A stretch of DNA of 64,000 nt. It comes from Dudresnaya verticillata. Its lineage: Eukaryota. The translations under genes and the position numbers were made by a program. Shown here one piece after another: positions 46,140-60,439 of this stretch. How positions within the stretch are numbered: the first letter of the stretch is position 1; every line of letters begins with the position of its first letter. Location of the stretch: contig OZ374558.1 in the NCBI GenBank assembly GCA_977862235.1, forward strand, positions 868,001 through 932,000. The letters are read 5' to 3'. The notes beneath the pieces are model-generated. The model had not been told where the DNA came from and did not search any database. It worked only from the letters and a program-made list of their open reading frames with translations.

Positions 46140-47540
46140 CAAACGACTGAAATATGCGTTGCCCAGATTTCCTCTTTCAGGAGATCCTGTCGTTGACAAT
46201 CATGAGTTTCGGCCAGTTAAACGCTCCTCTCTCGCTACTGTTGATGACCCGCCCTTCATTCCACGACCCTCAAAATCCCCCCTCCTCCGCTGTCCAATGA
46301 TTGCCGCGGAATACCCATGGATCGTGCGCCTGCATCTGTTCTCTCTAGGGACTAATGACGTTCCCACTGTTGATGCTTGCCCTCTGCTTGATGATGTCGG
46401 TGCTGAACCTGTTCATACTCTAGTACATATCCTCCAGTCTTTGAGGTAACCTATGATTGTTCTTTATTACTGCCTGTTACATGCGTTCAATTCTTCACGC
46501 ACTTCTGTTTTCAAGTATCAGGTCTTTGAGCGTCTCTTTGTCACTCCTAGGTTGGTGTTTCGCAAAAATGGTCGGCTCAAGCCTCTCGACCATAACAGGT
46601 GCTCATCGTACCACATTATTCTCCACCGCCCCATCTGTCCGTGTGCACTTTCACTGTGCGGTGAATGGACTCAGCTATAGGTTGAAGCTTAAGCTGCGCA
46701 TTTTCGCTCACGTCTGCCACTCTTAACTCTTCCGTCGCGGACCCTCGCCTCCGACGCTGTCACAATGCTTTCCGCAACTGCTCCTTTTCCAAAACCTGTG
46801 CGGTTCTGACAGTGGATTCTGATCTTGCAGGATCCACAGCATTGAGCAGCCATCTGCTTCAGGATGTGCATCCGGCTCCGAAGTACCCTTTTGTTCCTCT
46901 TATGCATATGCAGCCCCCACCGGCTCTTCTATTCGAAGGTGAAGTTCGTAAGGTTTTTCTCTCCGTGTCACCGTGGTTTTTGTATGGCCGTGATCGCTCA
47001 GGTGTCTTCAAGTTACTCGCTGCTACACCAGGTGTGTCTGACCTTTCTCTGTATATCATTTCCTAGCTTAAAAAGTCAAACACTCCGTCAATGGGCAATT
47101 ACCCCCGGCGTGTCATTCTGTTCTAGCTTTTGGTACCTTCATAGGCCCCTCTGAGGCTCTTTCCTCTCTGTTTCGTCCTATCGATGTTTTAGGTTTTTCT
47201 AAGGCGTTCCATCCGTCGCATTGTTATCTTCAGGATCACTCGCTGTACTGCTGCCTTTCACGAATACCTAGTCTGGATATTTCTGTAGGGGGTTTCTGGG
47301 GGTTGCAAAAAGATATCATTCATGCTAGCCGCTGTTTATTGACTACACAGCGGGATTTGGATACGATCATCTAGAACATGGGTGCTTCTAATGCGTCCGA
47401 CGCCATAGCGCACAACTGGATACTTTCGGAAGTAGACCTGCATATCTCTGGGCTGACCAAGAGGATCCATTTCATAAAACGCCGTGAATATCTGCTTCAG
47501 TTTGGCTAATTTCTTATCCACAGTCGGTCCGGCACCCACC
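46140..47540 (-). mobile_element. Degraded Ty1/copia RT-RNase H relic
   Basis: KLKQIFTAFYEMDPLG resembles F.MKDLG; MIYR.RSD...AASNL...RPYKNH...RKTLR resembles TRPDIA.A...P...H..A.KR.LRY; FGKGAVA. Confidence 0.55.
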
Positions 47541-47559
47541 AGCTGATCCGTTTAGCGCT

Positions 47560-50500
47560 CTCTTGTTTTCCTTGGTCCTCCAAATTGTCTTTTGTCTCCT
47601 CCACATCCGCTTCACCATCACTTTGCACGTCTTTTTCGCAGATGATGGTATTCGCCTTCTTCCTCGCAGGACGGTACGGCCAGTTGTCTTTTCCTCGACG
47701 AGTCGGATTCAAAGACAACACGCAGTGGAGCACTTATTCGCACACGTGAAGGCACTGATCCCCGCCATCCGAAGTTTCTCGTCACCGTCGGAAAGGCCAC
47801 CCACCCATTGTTGCAGCCTTCCTCTGCAACGCAACCCCCCCACCATGTTTGGGCCCTCTCCCGGCCACGTTCTCAATGCTCCGCCCCCCCGCCCATCGAT
47901 GCGCGACGTGGCCGATATCTCCGGAGTCGCACAACGCACATCAACACCCTACCAACAAAGCACGCATCACGTGGCCCACCTCCGTGCCGCAAACGTTTGA
48001 GCACCTTTGAGGTGCAAATTACCGCCGCCCACTCCAATCAATCATTTTCCACCACGACCGAGACTCCCCATGACGCAACTTCCCTATATCCGGACACGCC
48101 AGGCCATCACAGTCTCAAGGGGTTGTCTACCCCGCGCTTAATATCGGTCAGGCCGTCAGCTGGTGTCAGAAAACCACCCACACCATATGATACTGACGTG
48201 ACCTTCCTGGCAGCCCAGGTCGAGCCTGCCCTCCTCACCCCTACCACTGTCGCATTCTCCGTCTGCCCGCTCTGTCCTGAACCAAGACCTTCAACCCTCT
48301 TTGCCCTTCCCAACCGCTCCGGGTATCGCTGTCGTGACTGCAGCTCGACGTTCCGGGATTCTGCACTCCTAAGAATTCTCCGCACCGGGTCTGCACTTCA
48401 CCAAGCTTCCCAAACTATGGCAAAACTTCTTGACAAACCGAAATCGGCAGCTCGCGGCGACCTCCGCACCAGGGCCACCGCCGCCGCCATTGCTGCTCTT
48501 GAAAGCTCCCTCAGTCGGCAAGAAAACGGGTTCGAAGAAACACGGAAAGAACTCACCTCTCAACGTCACAGAATGTCTGCGATCGAAGGCAGTCTACAAG
48601 AAACACGCACATCACTCTCTGAACGGATTAAGTACACTCCCAATACCTTTCAGCTGAAACTAGATGGTGTATCAGCAACCTTTTCCTCCCAAATTAAGGC
48701 GCAAGGAGCAGAAGCCCGTGCTGATGCCGCAAATTTGGCAGAACAACAGACTGCGTCGCTCGCTGCACTCATCAATACCCATTCTCGCAGCAACCCGTCC
48801 TCGAGCTACACCTGCAATGGAAGCGGCCCCACGACCCCTGAACAACCCTTCCACGTCCCGCTGTGCGGCCCTTCCACTGCCACAAAGTTTGGTGACCGCC
48901 CAAACAGTTCCCCACGCACGTTTCTTGAAGTACCGAGGTCCCAACCAGCAGCGGCCGCGCAACCGATGACAATGGAGGCACTGGAGCGCATGTATTCTGC
49001 CGAACGACACCCTGCAGAAGACTCCTGGGCCCTCCGAATCCCCCTAACAGTACCATATTTCCATTACGACAAATGGGTACCCGTCGCAGAGCAGTCCAAC
49101 GCTGCGTCTTAAACGTTGTCATGGACGGAAATCTCCGCACAATTCATGGGATCTCGTACCACACCACAGAGTCGCCATATGTAGTGGAGGTGGTCCACGA
49201 GCAAGACGTCTGTGAGGATGTCACGAGCAAGACGTCTGTGAGGATGTCCACACACGCCTTCTCCTCTATATGTCCCCTATCCCTGCTGGCTTTGATCCCC
49301 TCAAGCCAATGAAGAGGTCTGCGAAAACCCTGAAACCAGAAGATCACGCATTCGTTCTTGCCACCCGCTGGTGGCGGAGCCGGAAACTCATCCCTCACCA
49401 TCCTACTTCCCAGTGGTACCAGGACAAACTTCGAACACTCACTTTAGCGTACCCGACTGTCCGCACTCGCCTGCAGGTTCGCATCTCTCCCGATGGAATG
49501 GATCGCGCTCTTGGACTCCACCAACGAGCTGCAAGCCCGCCTGTAGTGCACATCTTCCACTGGGAAAGCCCCGAAACCCCTCACGACACAAGCGGTGGCC
49601 CATGCGAGAATGAAATACCATCCTCCATGGATGTGTCGGACGCCATGCACCCCAGTGGTAGCAAGTCACCTCGAACACGACGCCACCTATCGCTAATTCG
49701 AAAACCCACGCCCCCCGACACCCCGGGACCCAATATCGCTCACATCTGATGAGGGTTGGAACTTGGAACGTTTCCGTACTCTCGGACACGACTGCAGAAG
49801 TCATGGAACTCATGACAGACCACAACCTTGAAGTCTTGGTACTCACTGAAACTCATTCTGCCCCCTTTCTCCATTGCATCTCCCCCATCCCACATTCGAC
49901 CTCCCCGCAACCCGCGCTAGCGCCCGTGGTCCCTGGATAGGCGGCCTTGCAATCTCCCTTCGACCGGGACTACGTGCCACTCTACGGTACACCCTCTCCC
50001 CCTCTCCTCCGCTTCACCCTGCACTATACCAAGCAATCTGCATCAACTTTCCTGGTGTTGGCGATGTTGTGGGCACATACATCAGCCCTAGAACCGATCA
50101 AGAAACCCTCCGTGCCTTCCTAAATGAGGTCAAATCCCGCTCGCCCGGCCCGACGCTTATGGTTGGTGACTTCAACGCAAGACACCCTACGTGGTGCACT
50201 ACTCGAAACACACGGATCCAAGCACTGTCCGCCTGGTGCTCTAGGAACCCAATCCGGGTGTCAGCTCCCCCAGAACCGACCTCCTATAGCCGCAACAACA
50301 GTGGCGGCTCCAGTACTATTGACATCTGCATCTAAAACTTCGATCAAAAACTCTCCGCGCAAGTCGCCGAGGGCAGTTGGGATGGAGCCATTGACCACCG
50401 TGCGGTGGTAGTACAAACCCCTATGCCCGACCCCACGCCAATTATGGAACGAGGGATCCTTGAAATGAAAAGACGCGTCACTAAGACTACGCTAGCGAAT

Positions 50501-52000
50501 TCAAGGCACCATACCCAAGTCACTGAATGGTACGAAAGCTCATTCCAAAAACGCATCAACGAAATGGACCGCGCCTCCTCCCCGGAACAAGCACAAGTTG
50601 CTTTTAACCGTCTTCCGGATCTCCTAATCAAGCCTTGGTCTCTCCTCTACCCAGCAAAACCGCGCCGATTCAAGCCGTACTGGACATCGGAGCTCGGTAA
50701 TCTGCGGCGAGCAAGGCGACGGGCCTTCAGGCATATGGTCTCATCCGCAGATACGTCCAAAAGTACAGCAGTGGAAACAGAATACCGATCACTGCAGCGC
50801 CGGATACATTCCCGTGTCCGTGCATTAAAGCACAAGCAAGAAGAGATATCCAACGCCGAACTACTTACAAGGCCTCACTCCAACATAGCCCGCACGATAC
50901 GGGCACAGAAACGAAAACGGAACCGCAGAATTGCACTCCTCAACTCCACAGGTACCACACTATCACCGTCAAGCTTCACCCGCCACATCAGATCCCCGCC
51001 GAACACCCCCCCACCGCCGAGGCCTCGGGAATTCTATGCCCCCCGTCCTTCCGTACCTCTCTCTTAAGGGCGATACACAGCACCTCCAGCGGGAAAGCCG
51101 TCGGGCCTGATCAAACCCATGCCGAGATGCTCAAATTGATCCCTGAGCGATCTGCAGACCTTCTGTTCTCTCTCTGGAAGTGTTGCGGAAGAACTAGCAC
51201 CTTTCCGGAAGACTAGGATGCTAACCTGCATGTACCAATCCACAAAAAAGGACCCAGGGACAACCCTAGTAACTACCGGCCCTTTGCATGCTCTCCCACC
51301 TCCGCAAGGTTGTCGAGCGCGCCATCGCCCTCGAGGTGGAGGCCGTCTTCTCCCCGCACCACATGCAGTTTGAATTGCAGCGTAACACGCGAACGGACAT
51401 GGCTGTAGCACTCACGCTCTCTTCCAACGCTACAGGAGACGACTACACAGCAGTTCTGGACCTTAAGCGTGCCTATGACATGGTTGATCGACAAAAACGC
51501 CTCCAGATCTGCTCTGACCGCTTGCCACCCCATTTGGTCGGGATGAGCGCCACGACACTTGGAACGCTATCGATCCGAACTGCGGGTGATGTAACAAATA
51601 CGACTGGTGAAATCAGACGCTGTGTCGTCCAAGGCTCACCTCTCAGCCCAATTCTTTTCAATCGCTTCATAGACAACTCGCCTACCGCCTCTGTGAGAAG
51701 CTGAAACGCCCTCGTAGCCGCCCACCAGGCCGTCTCTATGCTGACGATTGCCTGCTGCACACCCCGTGCTCCGTGCTCTATCACCCCCGGCGACGGATGC
51801 ACCGCCGCTCGCCTGCTACCATCCGTGGGAGACCACTCGAACGCTGATTTGGGGCAGACCCCATCTCTGGGTGTTGCACTAAACCTACCGCTACCCTGAG
51901 ACCCAACCGTCTGCCCAACCGTGCTTCCACGCCGAGCGCCGTCGTTGACGTGTTTCGCTTTGTTTTTTTTTGCTCTTTCTTCCCGCCTGGGCGATTACAG
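47560..52000 (+). mobile_element. LINE with ORF1 and APE-RT ORF2, decayed and truncated after YADD
   Basis: ORF1 47808-49749 (CPLC...CRDC finger, coiled coil); ORF2 from 49749: VGTWNV, LTETH, VGDFNARH, STID, DHRAV; RT NYRP, LDLKRAYD, VQGSPLSPILFN, LYADD. Confidence 0.9.
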
Positions 52001-52917
52001 TAAAACCCCCAAGGTGTTGCTACCTGCTCAACCACTACTACCCAAGGCGTTGCTGCCCGCCGTGCCCCCAACTGCTCGGATTGTCCCGTCTACGACGTTT
52101 GCACCACAGAGTGCAAGCTTTCAAAAGGGAAAGCATAGTCTTGTCGCGACCGACCAGCCGTTTCGAGCTTAGTGAAGAGGGCCCTTCCAACCGTGCGACC
52201 TGCTTCGGCAGTGAAGGCAGCAGGGCGCCAGGAACAGGCAGAAGCTTCGAGGCGTACGCTTTCGGATCGGAGGGAGGTGTTAATCACTGTGATGTCACTT
52301 GAAGCAGTCACGGAGGTATACAGATCATGTTTCAGAGAGTGAAAGGCTCACAGAAGCGACATGTAATGATTAAGGGATGATGGAGAGCTCCAGGCAATTG
52401 ACAAGTGGTCCATTTCGGGACACAGTTAGTAATATAGGCGGACCTTGTAAATAGCCCTCAGAAGCAGTGTCACACCTCCGGATGGAAACCTTTTCAGATA
52501 TAGTTTGCAACATAGTGGCTGCTTCTGTACAGTGAAGAAAAAACGCTTCCGGCCCAACCACGTTTATAAATCATCGGCACCGCAGCGCACTCCTCACCCG
52601 CACCCGGTTAACCGCCGGTCCAGTCAACTGTTACGGTACCGTGATTCCGTTAAGGTCACAATTGTTCTGTCTAGTAATGGGTTCTGACACTATACTACTG
52701 CTACAGAGGACCCGATTTGCGTTACCCTTTGAGAGTTGTAATCTCTGAGTTTGCAGGAGACCTAAAATGTAATACCTTGTATCGAAGACGCGCGATACAC
52801 AGCCGTACGGGCAGTTACAACACCAGCATGCTTGGGATGGGTGCGATATGTAGAATAAGAAGCAGAGACATGCGGAAGGCCAGCGACCCTGCACAAACTT
52901 AGAAATCCAGTGCTCTG

Positions 52918-53760
52918 CGTGGTACACATCTCGGTGACAAATAAACGCCCGAGTAGTTCCTAAACTCGGTGGCTAGCTGCGTATGTAGAAGGTGGTAGAG
53001 CTAGTTTCCAAGCCTAAAGGCGGATTGTAAACGCCTTAGGCGGAAAAGAGAAACAAAATATGTATGGAAGAAACAAATCAATGTCGGAAGTGGACGTGGA
53101 AGCATGATAGGCCAGACGCTTGAGTGTTAGGAAGCGATAAAGTACGTGCATGCGCGGAAGGGCGTCAGCAAGACAGGCTTTGCGAAATACGTCAATTGAC
53201 GAATGAAAACGGTGAAGCTCGGGTGGTACCGACGATTTACCTAACAGAAGCGGTGGGTGTGCATAAGATAGCGGAAAGGGGCCTTCAGTTACCATCACCG
53301 GTTTGATCGGGGTTGACTTAGACTTCTCGGGACAGGTTTCCCAAACAGTACTGCTACTTGTGCAATGCTACCGCTAAAGCGACGGTGGCAGTATTCCGGC
53401 GCGGGCCACGCTGGACGACACCGCTCCTGAGTACCCGGTTACTGCGGAGACGTGTCGTCGGCCAGCGTGGGCCAGGCAAGTGTCCTGGAATCCAACGCCG
53501 CACCTGACAAAGTTGCCGACACCGCAACCCACGTCACACGGATTCTTACAATTGCACTTGGGTACGACTCGAGTTTACAGCAGCCTGCCGCGTATTTTTT
53601 TCAGCCGCACGTTGATCCGATTGCTCCTCGGCTGGTGCTGCGAGTGCAATTTGTCCGAGTATACAGCGTGTGCCGCGTGCCACCCGGCAAGGCAGGCTGA
53701 GTTGCCCTTCAGCCGTCGCGCAGGGGGTCCATTTGTCGTAATCTGCCCCGGTGCACCCGA
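52918..53760. mobile_element. Solo LTR family C
   Basis: (C)GTGGTAC...GCACCCGA; collinear with the 2908 copy (GGTAGAGC, GCGGA.TGTAAACGCC..GGCGG, GAAACAAA); TSD degenerate. Confidence 0.7.
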
Positions 53761-55729
53761 GACTGCGATGCAGACGCGACCGAATTTGCTGTAATACACG
53801 GCTAGGGCGGGATTTCCCACGACGAGAGGGGGTCCGCGCCCGAGTATAGATCGTGATCACAGCTGGAAGCGAAGCGCCGCGGGTGGTAGAGGTCCTTCCC
53901 GCAAGCTGCATCCGCAGCTATCATAGCTACCATAACGGTGGTATTCGAGTCCGCACTACTCTCTGTCGGGGTTGACATTTTAACAATTCTTGAATGTCAC
54001 CAACGACAGACCAGATGATTTATACGTTTGTGCGGGGCTGGGATCAGAGCGGAGGTGAGCGGGGGATGCGAACGACGAGGGACGAAGGACAAGAATCAGC
54101 TTGAGAAGAAATGTTTTCAAACAGCGTAGAATGGAAGCCGGTGAGGATCTGGCTAATGCGGGGGACTTCAATATATAGGCGAAGCCAGATAGAATGTTCC
54201 GACGGATGTATGGGCACTTGAAATGCATCACGTCCAAGTATGGAAAGGTACCCAGCAGGGTGTTTGGATAGGTGAACGAAAAGTGCGGCGAGGCATGGTT
54301 GAGGCGAAAACATGAATTGGGCGGGTTTTCTGGAAGGAAGAGGTGAGATGGTCGGAAGGGTATGGAAGAAACGATAAAAGCCGAATGACGCCGCCGGACT
54401 GGGTTTCCCGGATCAAAACAACAGAAGAATGTTTTTAGCTCGGGTAGCTGAGTGAGGTTTGCAGCTGCGGCGAATATTGCCACGTTCAAAACAGGAAGGT
54501 GCTTGGCCAAAGGCCCAGTAAAGCTCGGATTACCTTATAAGGAAACTATGATAATATCAGGGGCGGATCACAGTAGGTAATATCGGACCTCTATCGGGAC
54601 ACAAAGGAGTAGATTTCTTTTAGTTCTGCCTTAGTCGAATAGTCGTGTCGGGCAGACCCTGCGGTAGAGTATTTTGGTAGTGCGTTACTGGGTAGAGCTG
54701 AGACCAGTAGTGCCACATAAATAGGGCAGGTCTCGGCACTCACGGTGGAGGGGGTACAATTTATCAAGTAGAGTCGGAAGGGCTGAACGCACAAGTTTGA
54801 GTCCACGGAATTTTCTGCTACCTGCAGGGAGCACATCACTCGAGTAACGGCCGACTACGTTGGGTATCTTGTCGAGGATTGTGCGGCAAAATGCCAGTTA
54901 CCAGGAATGGAAGTCAACAGGACCAAGGGTCCAGCTCAGCGCTATTTTCGCCCATTGAGCACCCGGTACTGTGCAGTGTAGATCCACACAAGGTTTATAT
55001 AGACCTGAGACATATTGGTGAGATTGAAGAAAAGAGAAGGAACTACGGAGTCTGGAGTCTGTCGGTGGCTTCGTACAAAGTTTCCGTTCATAGGGGTTGC
55101 TGACGGCAATGCACACACTGGGCCGACTAAAAAAGGTGGCACCAGAGGTTGCGCTAGAATATCTCACCTCGGAACAGATTGAGGATTACATTAATAGCTT
55201 TGTGAAGCGGACAGAAGGAAATGCGTTCAATCCCACTGTTGTGAACGAGGCTCTTAAAGTTCTTAAGGTCCCAATGAAAGTGGCAGGCCCATAGGCTCGG
55301 ATTCTTGAATATGTCCATGACGTATTAGAAAGATTAGGAGCACCCATATCCTAAACACTTGAAACACGCCATGGCAGAGCTCATGGAATTACAGAAAAAT
55401 TGAAGAAAAACGCGGAGAATTATGTTTCGACTCTATGTCAAGAAGCTATTATACAAGATAAATTCAGAGTGGGGAACTATAAACCAGATGATACGAAGAC
55501 TAAGGGAGATATCAGGACTAAGGAATGTTCGAAGTCTGGGGACGCACTCACAGATAAAAACAACGCGCGCCCCGCGCCGTTGTGGATAAACGAAATTTGT
55601 GCTAAGAAAGTAAAACGGAACCAGGGAGGAGTCCGAAAATGCCCTTAAGTCCAAGGAAGGCTGAAGCACTCATAAATAAACATTTAGCAGCGAAGCGTGA
55701 GAAAGGCAAGGAGGCAAAACGTTTCGCGA

Positions 55730-58700
55730 AAAACAACATGAAATTGCCTCCAACACAATGATAATGGGCGCCAAGTTTGGAGGCATCGTGGAAAGGGCAA
55801 TTTGTGTCGACGGAATGTTCCGATATTAACCCCATGCCACCAGAGCTCTATTCGGCACTGTTTGTGAAGAGAACCAACATGAACGTTAAAACCTTCGACA
55901 GTCCGAAGCACTTCAGGCAGGCGGCATCAGACATATGCACACGCCGGTCATTACGGTCGTATTCTTTCACGCCTACATGCCGCAGGCATGCTGGAATGGT
56001 CGAGCCTGAAGGAAGAGTCTACAGCCTACCCGGAGCTGGCTAACAAACTCACCATGACTTCTTTTGCTGTGGTAAAAGACTCAGCGAAGGACAGAATGAT
56101 TAGCTGGCCGAGACACCAAAACGACGCTATACCCGATCCGCCGCATACTGAACTTCCGCATCCTGGGGATTTCTCTCGAATCCGTAACGACACTTGCCCG
56201 CCTCTATCGGGATTCTTTCTCGATATCGCCAACATGTTTCACAACATCCGATTGACGGTTGGGATGACCGCACTCTTCCCACTCCGCACTATTCCGTTTG
56301 GAGACCTTCCGGGGTCCCTTCAACTGTCTCTCTCCAGTGCTTTGGGCTATCGCCCGAGATAGCAGGATTTGCTCCGACCCCTTCAAACAACTCTTCCCAG
56401 GGGATTTAAATGGGCAGTACTAATTTCACATAAATTCGTCCAAAGCTGATATATGGAGGCTTTTCATCGCTTCGTTCATCGTCGCGGTACTTTTGCGATA
56501 CCGGAAAGGTTCCCGTTTTGCTACTTCTACATCATGGTCACGAGATCTTACACCTCGAAGAGCTCACAGTGCTGGCCCTGCACATCATCGACGACTTGAA
56601 CATGGTGTTCGTGAATTGGGCTGACAGAGAAGTATCAGCACTGCAAGCTGCCATCGAGTGCACGCTGGAGCGTCATTTCCTCCCTGTCAAGCGAATAAAG
56701 TCCTCCCCTCCCAGAGTCGTTGAGCGCAACAAGATTCCATTTATTGGTTGGCTGTGGAATCTGAGAAGTGGAGTGCTTCGTCCCAATCCGATCAAAGTGC
56801 ATACTGCATCACAAGAGGTATCGAACCTACTCCTCTATCCTATCAGCCAAGACAACGTGCGGACGACCCCTGGACGACTTGTGTGGATCTCACTCGCGAG
56901 TCGCCCACTCCTTTCTATACTCTTCCGCACCTTTCATTTTCTGCAGACGGACGCCCTTCCCCAAGTCCCTCCCGCATTGCAGCGGGCAGTACGAAGAGAG
57001 TTGCACCTTATTGCCGCTCTCGCACTCCTATCCAAAGTCCGTCTCCATAGACCCACGTGGTCAACCGTCGTAGCCTTTGACGCCAGGCAGGGCGCAGGGG
57101 CTGTCGTCTGCGCGCATTTCGAATCAAGATGGATTAGCTCCCTGAGTCGGCTCACCACCTCAGTCCCTCTTCAACCCCAACCTCAGCACTCTACCAATGG
57201 ACGCCCTTACGATTGTCTATCTTCCCTAAAGCTGGCGCACTTTGTGCATTCTCACGTCTGGAAGACTGCTTTTGTTCATTACTGGCGACGGACTGAGCAC
57301 ATCAACGCATTGGAAGCACATACTGGTATTCTCGCCCTCGAGTGGGCTGCATCGTTTCCCGTCGCAGGCTCGCGTCTGCTCTTTTTGTCGGACTCCCTCG
57401 TCGCTATATCGGCTTTCCGCAAAAAGCCGTTCTTCGTCCCCCTCTTTATGCTTTCCATGTCGTCGTTATGCTGCTCTGTGCCTCGCACATGACCTCGAGG
57501 TTTACTTCATTCATGTTCCCTCTTCAATTAACCTCGTTGATGGACCTTTTCGAGGAAAGGTCAAGGCGGGAGCATCTTGAGTACCGACTCGTGAGGCGCC
57601 GCCGATCGCACCCGAGCGCCTCGATACCCGCGAACTTTCCGTCCTATGGGGCTCACAAAGCTTGAAAAATGTTTCGAAGCCCAGTGGAAAAGATCCCTCC
57701 TGGCCCAATACGGAATATCAAAGTCAGCCCATCGTGCCGTGAGCCGAACAACACTCCGGAATGCGCCCCGATTCACGCTGCCCGATGAAAATTTCTTCGC
57801 CAAACATCCTCTAATTGCTTCCAAATTGGCTCCAAAGACGCAGGTCTCGTACATGGATGCGTACCGGGCCTTTAAATGCAATTTACCTAGCAGCCCTGGC
57901 AGCCCTGCCGAGTTGGAAGATATGCTGTATTTGTACTTTGAAGAAGCTTTTCTAGCGAACCCACGCCGAGGTAACCGGCAGAAAATGTCCAACCTTCTCT
58001 CTTTCCTCAAGCTTTCCATGCCCCGACTACGTCCTTATCTCCACAAGCCGGCTAAGGCTCTTCATGGTTGGACGAAGTTGAAACCGCCCTGCCCTGCTCT
58101 CCCACTTACCCGCCCCATCATGTTCGCGTTTGCAGAATATTTCAAAACGCAGAACAGGTATGATGCAGCAGTCTAAATTTGTCTACAATGGTCAACCTAC
58201 ATACGAGCCTCCGACGTCCTTGCCCTAGGGAGGGTGGACGTGGCACGCCACTTCGCATTTCGGAGGCATCAACATCGAATCGGCAAAAACGGGTCCAAAG
58301 CAATTCACCACAGTGCGTCATTCGCATGTTTTAGCTCTTTTGTCGTCGTTCCTGCAGCGCCGAATCTTTGACATAAGCTATTCGACTTACAATGAGCTCT
58401 ACAAGCAGGCCGCTCGATATTTCGGTCTAGATTCCTCTAGGTATACTACAAACTCTGCACGGATCGGTGGCGCTGTGGCTGACTTCTGTGCGGGTGCATC
58501 CGCCGAAACTATTGCCTTAACAGGCAGATGGAACTCCTTCCAATCACTGCAACGCTACCTTCGCAACGGCCGCGTATGGTTATTTCGCATTCCGATGCAA
58601 AAAAACTCACAGGCACGCATTCAAGTTTGTGCCGAACAATTCAAAGCCTTTATCACCCAGTGCGACACATTCGTCAAGTATAACGTCGATGTACAGAACC

Positions 58701-58930
58701 GCAAACGCAATACAATATGCGCTGGTTGGGTGGGGCAACCCGACGAGCAACTGTCGGGTGGGCGCCCGTAGGTACGGTGGTCGCATACCGCCACCACGGG
58801 CACCCGGCGCGTTTCCGAAAGAACTGGCCTGCCGCAAGGCAGGTCTCTCCAAACCCTACTACTGTAAAACATCCTGCACGTAAGCCCTGGGAGCTTCAAA
58901 ACAACGTTCTGGTAGTGTACCAAGCGGGAT
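55730..58930 (+). mobile_element. 5'-truncated YR retrotransposon 'F', same type as E; boundaries approximate
   Basis: RT FAVVKD..RMISW..QN...TELP, LDIANMF, IIDD, FIGW; RNase H AFDA, HINALE, SDS, HVPSSINLVDGP; YR NSARIGGA, GRW, QRY. Confidence 0.85.
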
Positions 58931-59679
58931 AAAGAGGCATTGTAGCCCATTCGAGAAGGGGTATATTCTATTTTTCAAGCATGTGAAAAAATGGACTATA
59001 TGCTGGCGCGCGAAAATGACATACATAGTTTTACGGACCATGTAAGAACTGTATCCACTATATCTTGCCGGAGGCGCTGGACTAAAGGTCCCAAGGCCCC
59101 TGTCCATGACATTACACGGAACAAAACCAAATGAAGTAGTAAATTTTGATTTTATATTTATGAACATTGGAACCGACGTGCACAAGTATATCATACTTCT
59201 CAGAGACGACCTGTCGTCCTATCTATGTCTGTGCCCTTCCGAAGCGACCGATTCAGAGGTGGTGGTTCGAGATATTTCTCACTGGGTTAGACCTTTACAG
59301 GTATGGAATTCTGGGTTTCGGACCAAGTACCCCACTTTAAGAATGAACTCATGAAATAATTGGGGAAGGAATACAACATTGAGCACCTTTTAGCCGCTGC
59401 CTACTCACTGCGGGTTAATGTCACGGTCGAGAACTGCATGCACCATATCCGTTCTGCTTGCACTGCTCTTTTTTCGGGGTTCCGTCTCGGTACATAAGAC
59501 TGACCACTCTTAATTGGATTAGTATTGGCAGCCCTCAACGAAGCTATACTCAAACGCCTAGGAAAAAGAAAGGATGGCAGCTACAGGACGCCACCAGAAG
59601 CAATTACGGGTACTATTCCGAACATGACGCAATTCATAATTCAGGCCATTAAGAGGACGTGTTCCACAGAGCGGGAAAG

Positions 59680-60439
59680 TGTATTATCTCCAAAAGCACC
59701 ACCGCGTGCAGCGCCCAGACGAGACCCCAAAGAACGTTGAAGACCGAGTGGATTTCGCAAAAAGCTGGCCGAACGTAGAAAGGACCTGCGCGCCGGTAGC
59801 AAGTGTGGTAGAGTGGGAGGCGAGCGGACGAAGTCGTGGCCAAATCTGCCAGAAGCACAGAAAATGGCCAAGTTCGGGGTTCGGTTGGTCACTTTACTCC
59901 CAACCTCTGGTGGGACGGCTTCTTACCTATTCTGGGCGAGCCGTAGTGTGTGGCCGTCTAATTAGACCCAAAATCGGCCATGTAAGCTCATCTAGAGCTA
60001 TTCTATAGTTAGTGGCCGAGGTTACTCCCCCTCGCCCATAATATCTACTTGTGTTCCGGCGTCGGGAAAATATAGTGCCCTCGCGAGACTAAACCAAGCA
60101 CTCGTGCGTTAGTGATTGGCCATGCGAGTTAGATTTTCTCTTGATTTTCCCACTGTCTTCCCCTTGATTTCGTTTGCAAATCCAATTTCTCTTTGCGTCT
60201 GGGTTCAAATCAGATCATACGTGTACAACATGCCACTTGGTGCGCTTCGGTGTTGTAGGTGGCCACGTGTGACACAGGTGTACACTCGGTGGACACGTAT
60301 TATCCAGGTGCGCGTTCACTGTCGTCCGCGCGCCGGTGTTATGGCCCTTTTCCAAGTGTCGATTTTTGGTTGGGCTGATCGTCCCATTTAGCCCGCCCTT
60401 CTGCATCCACTTCAGTGGCCCCTTTGCCGTTGTACCAGA
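59680..60439. mobile_element. Solo LTR family A, copy 3
   Basis: TGTATTATCTC...TTGTACCAGA; TSD GAAAG/GAAGG (one mismatch). Confidence 0.88.

Noticed and set aside
49197..49248. 26-bp tandem duplication in LINE ORF1
   Set aside because: Ordinary slippage lesion that shifts the frame
53980..54465. Possible copia integrase relic flanking the gypsy element, also 61400-62100
   Set aside because: Too degraded to support with motifs by eye
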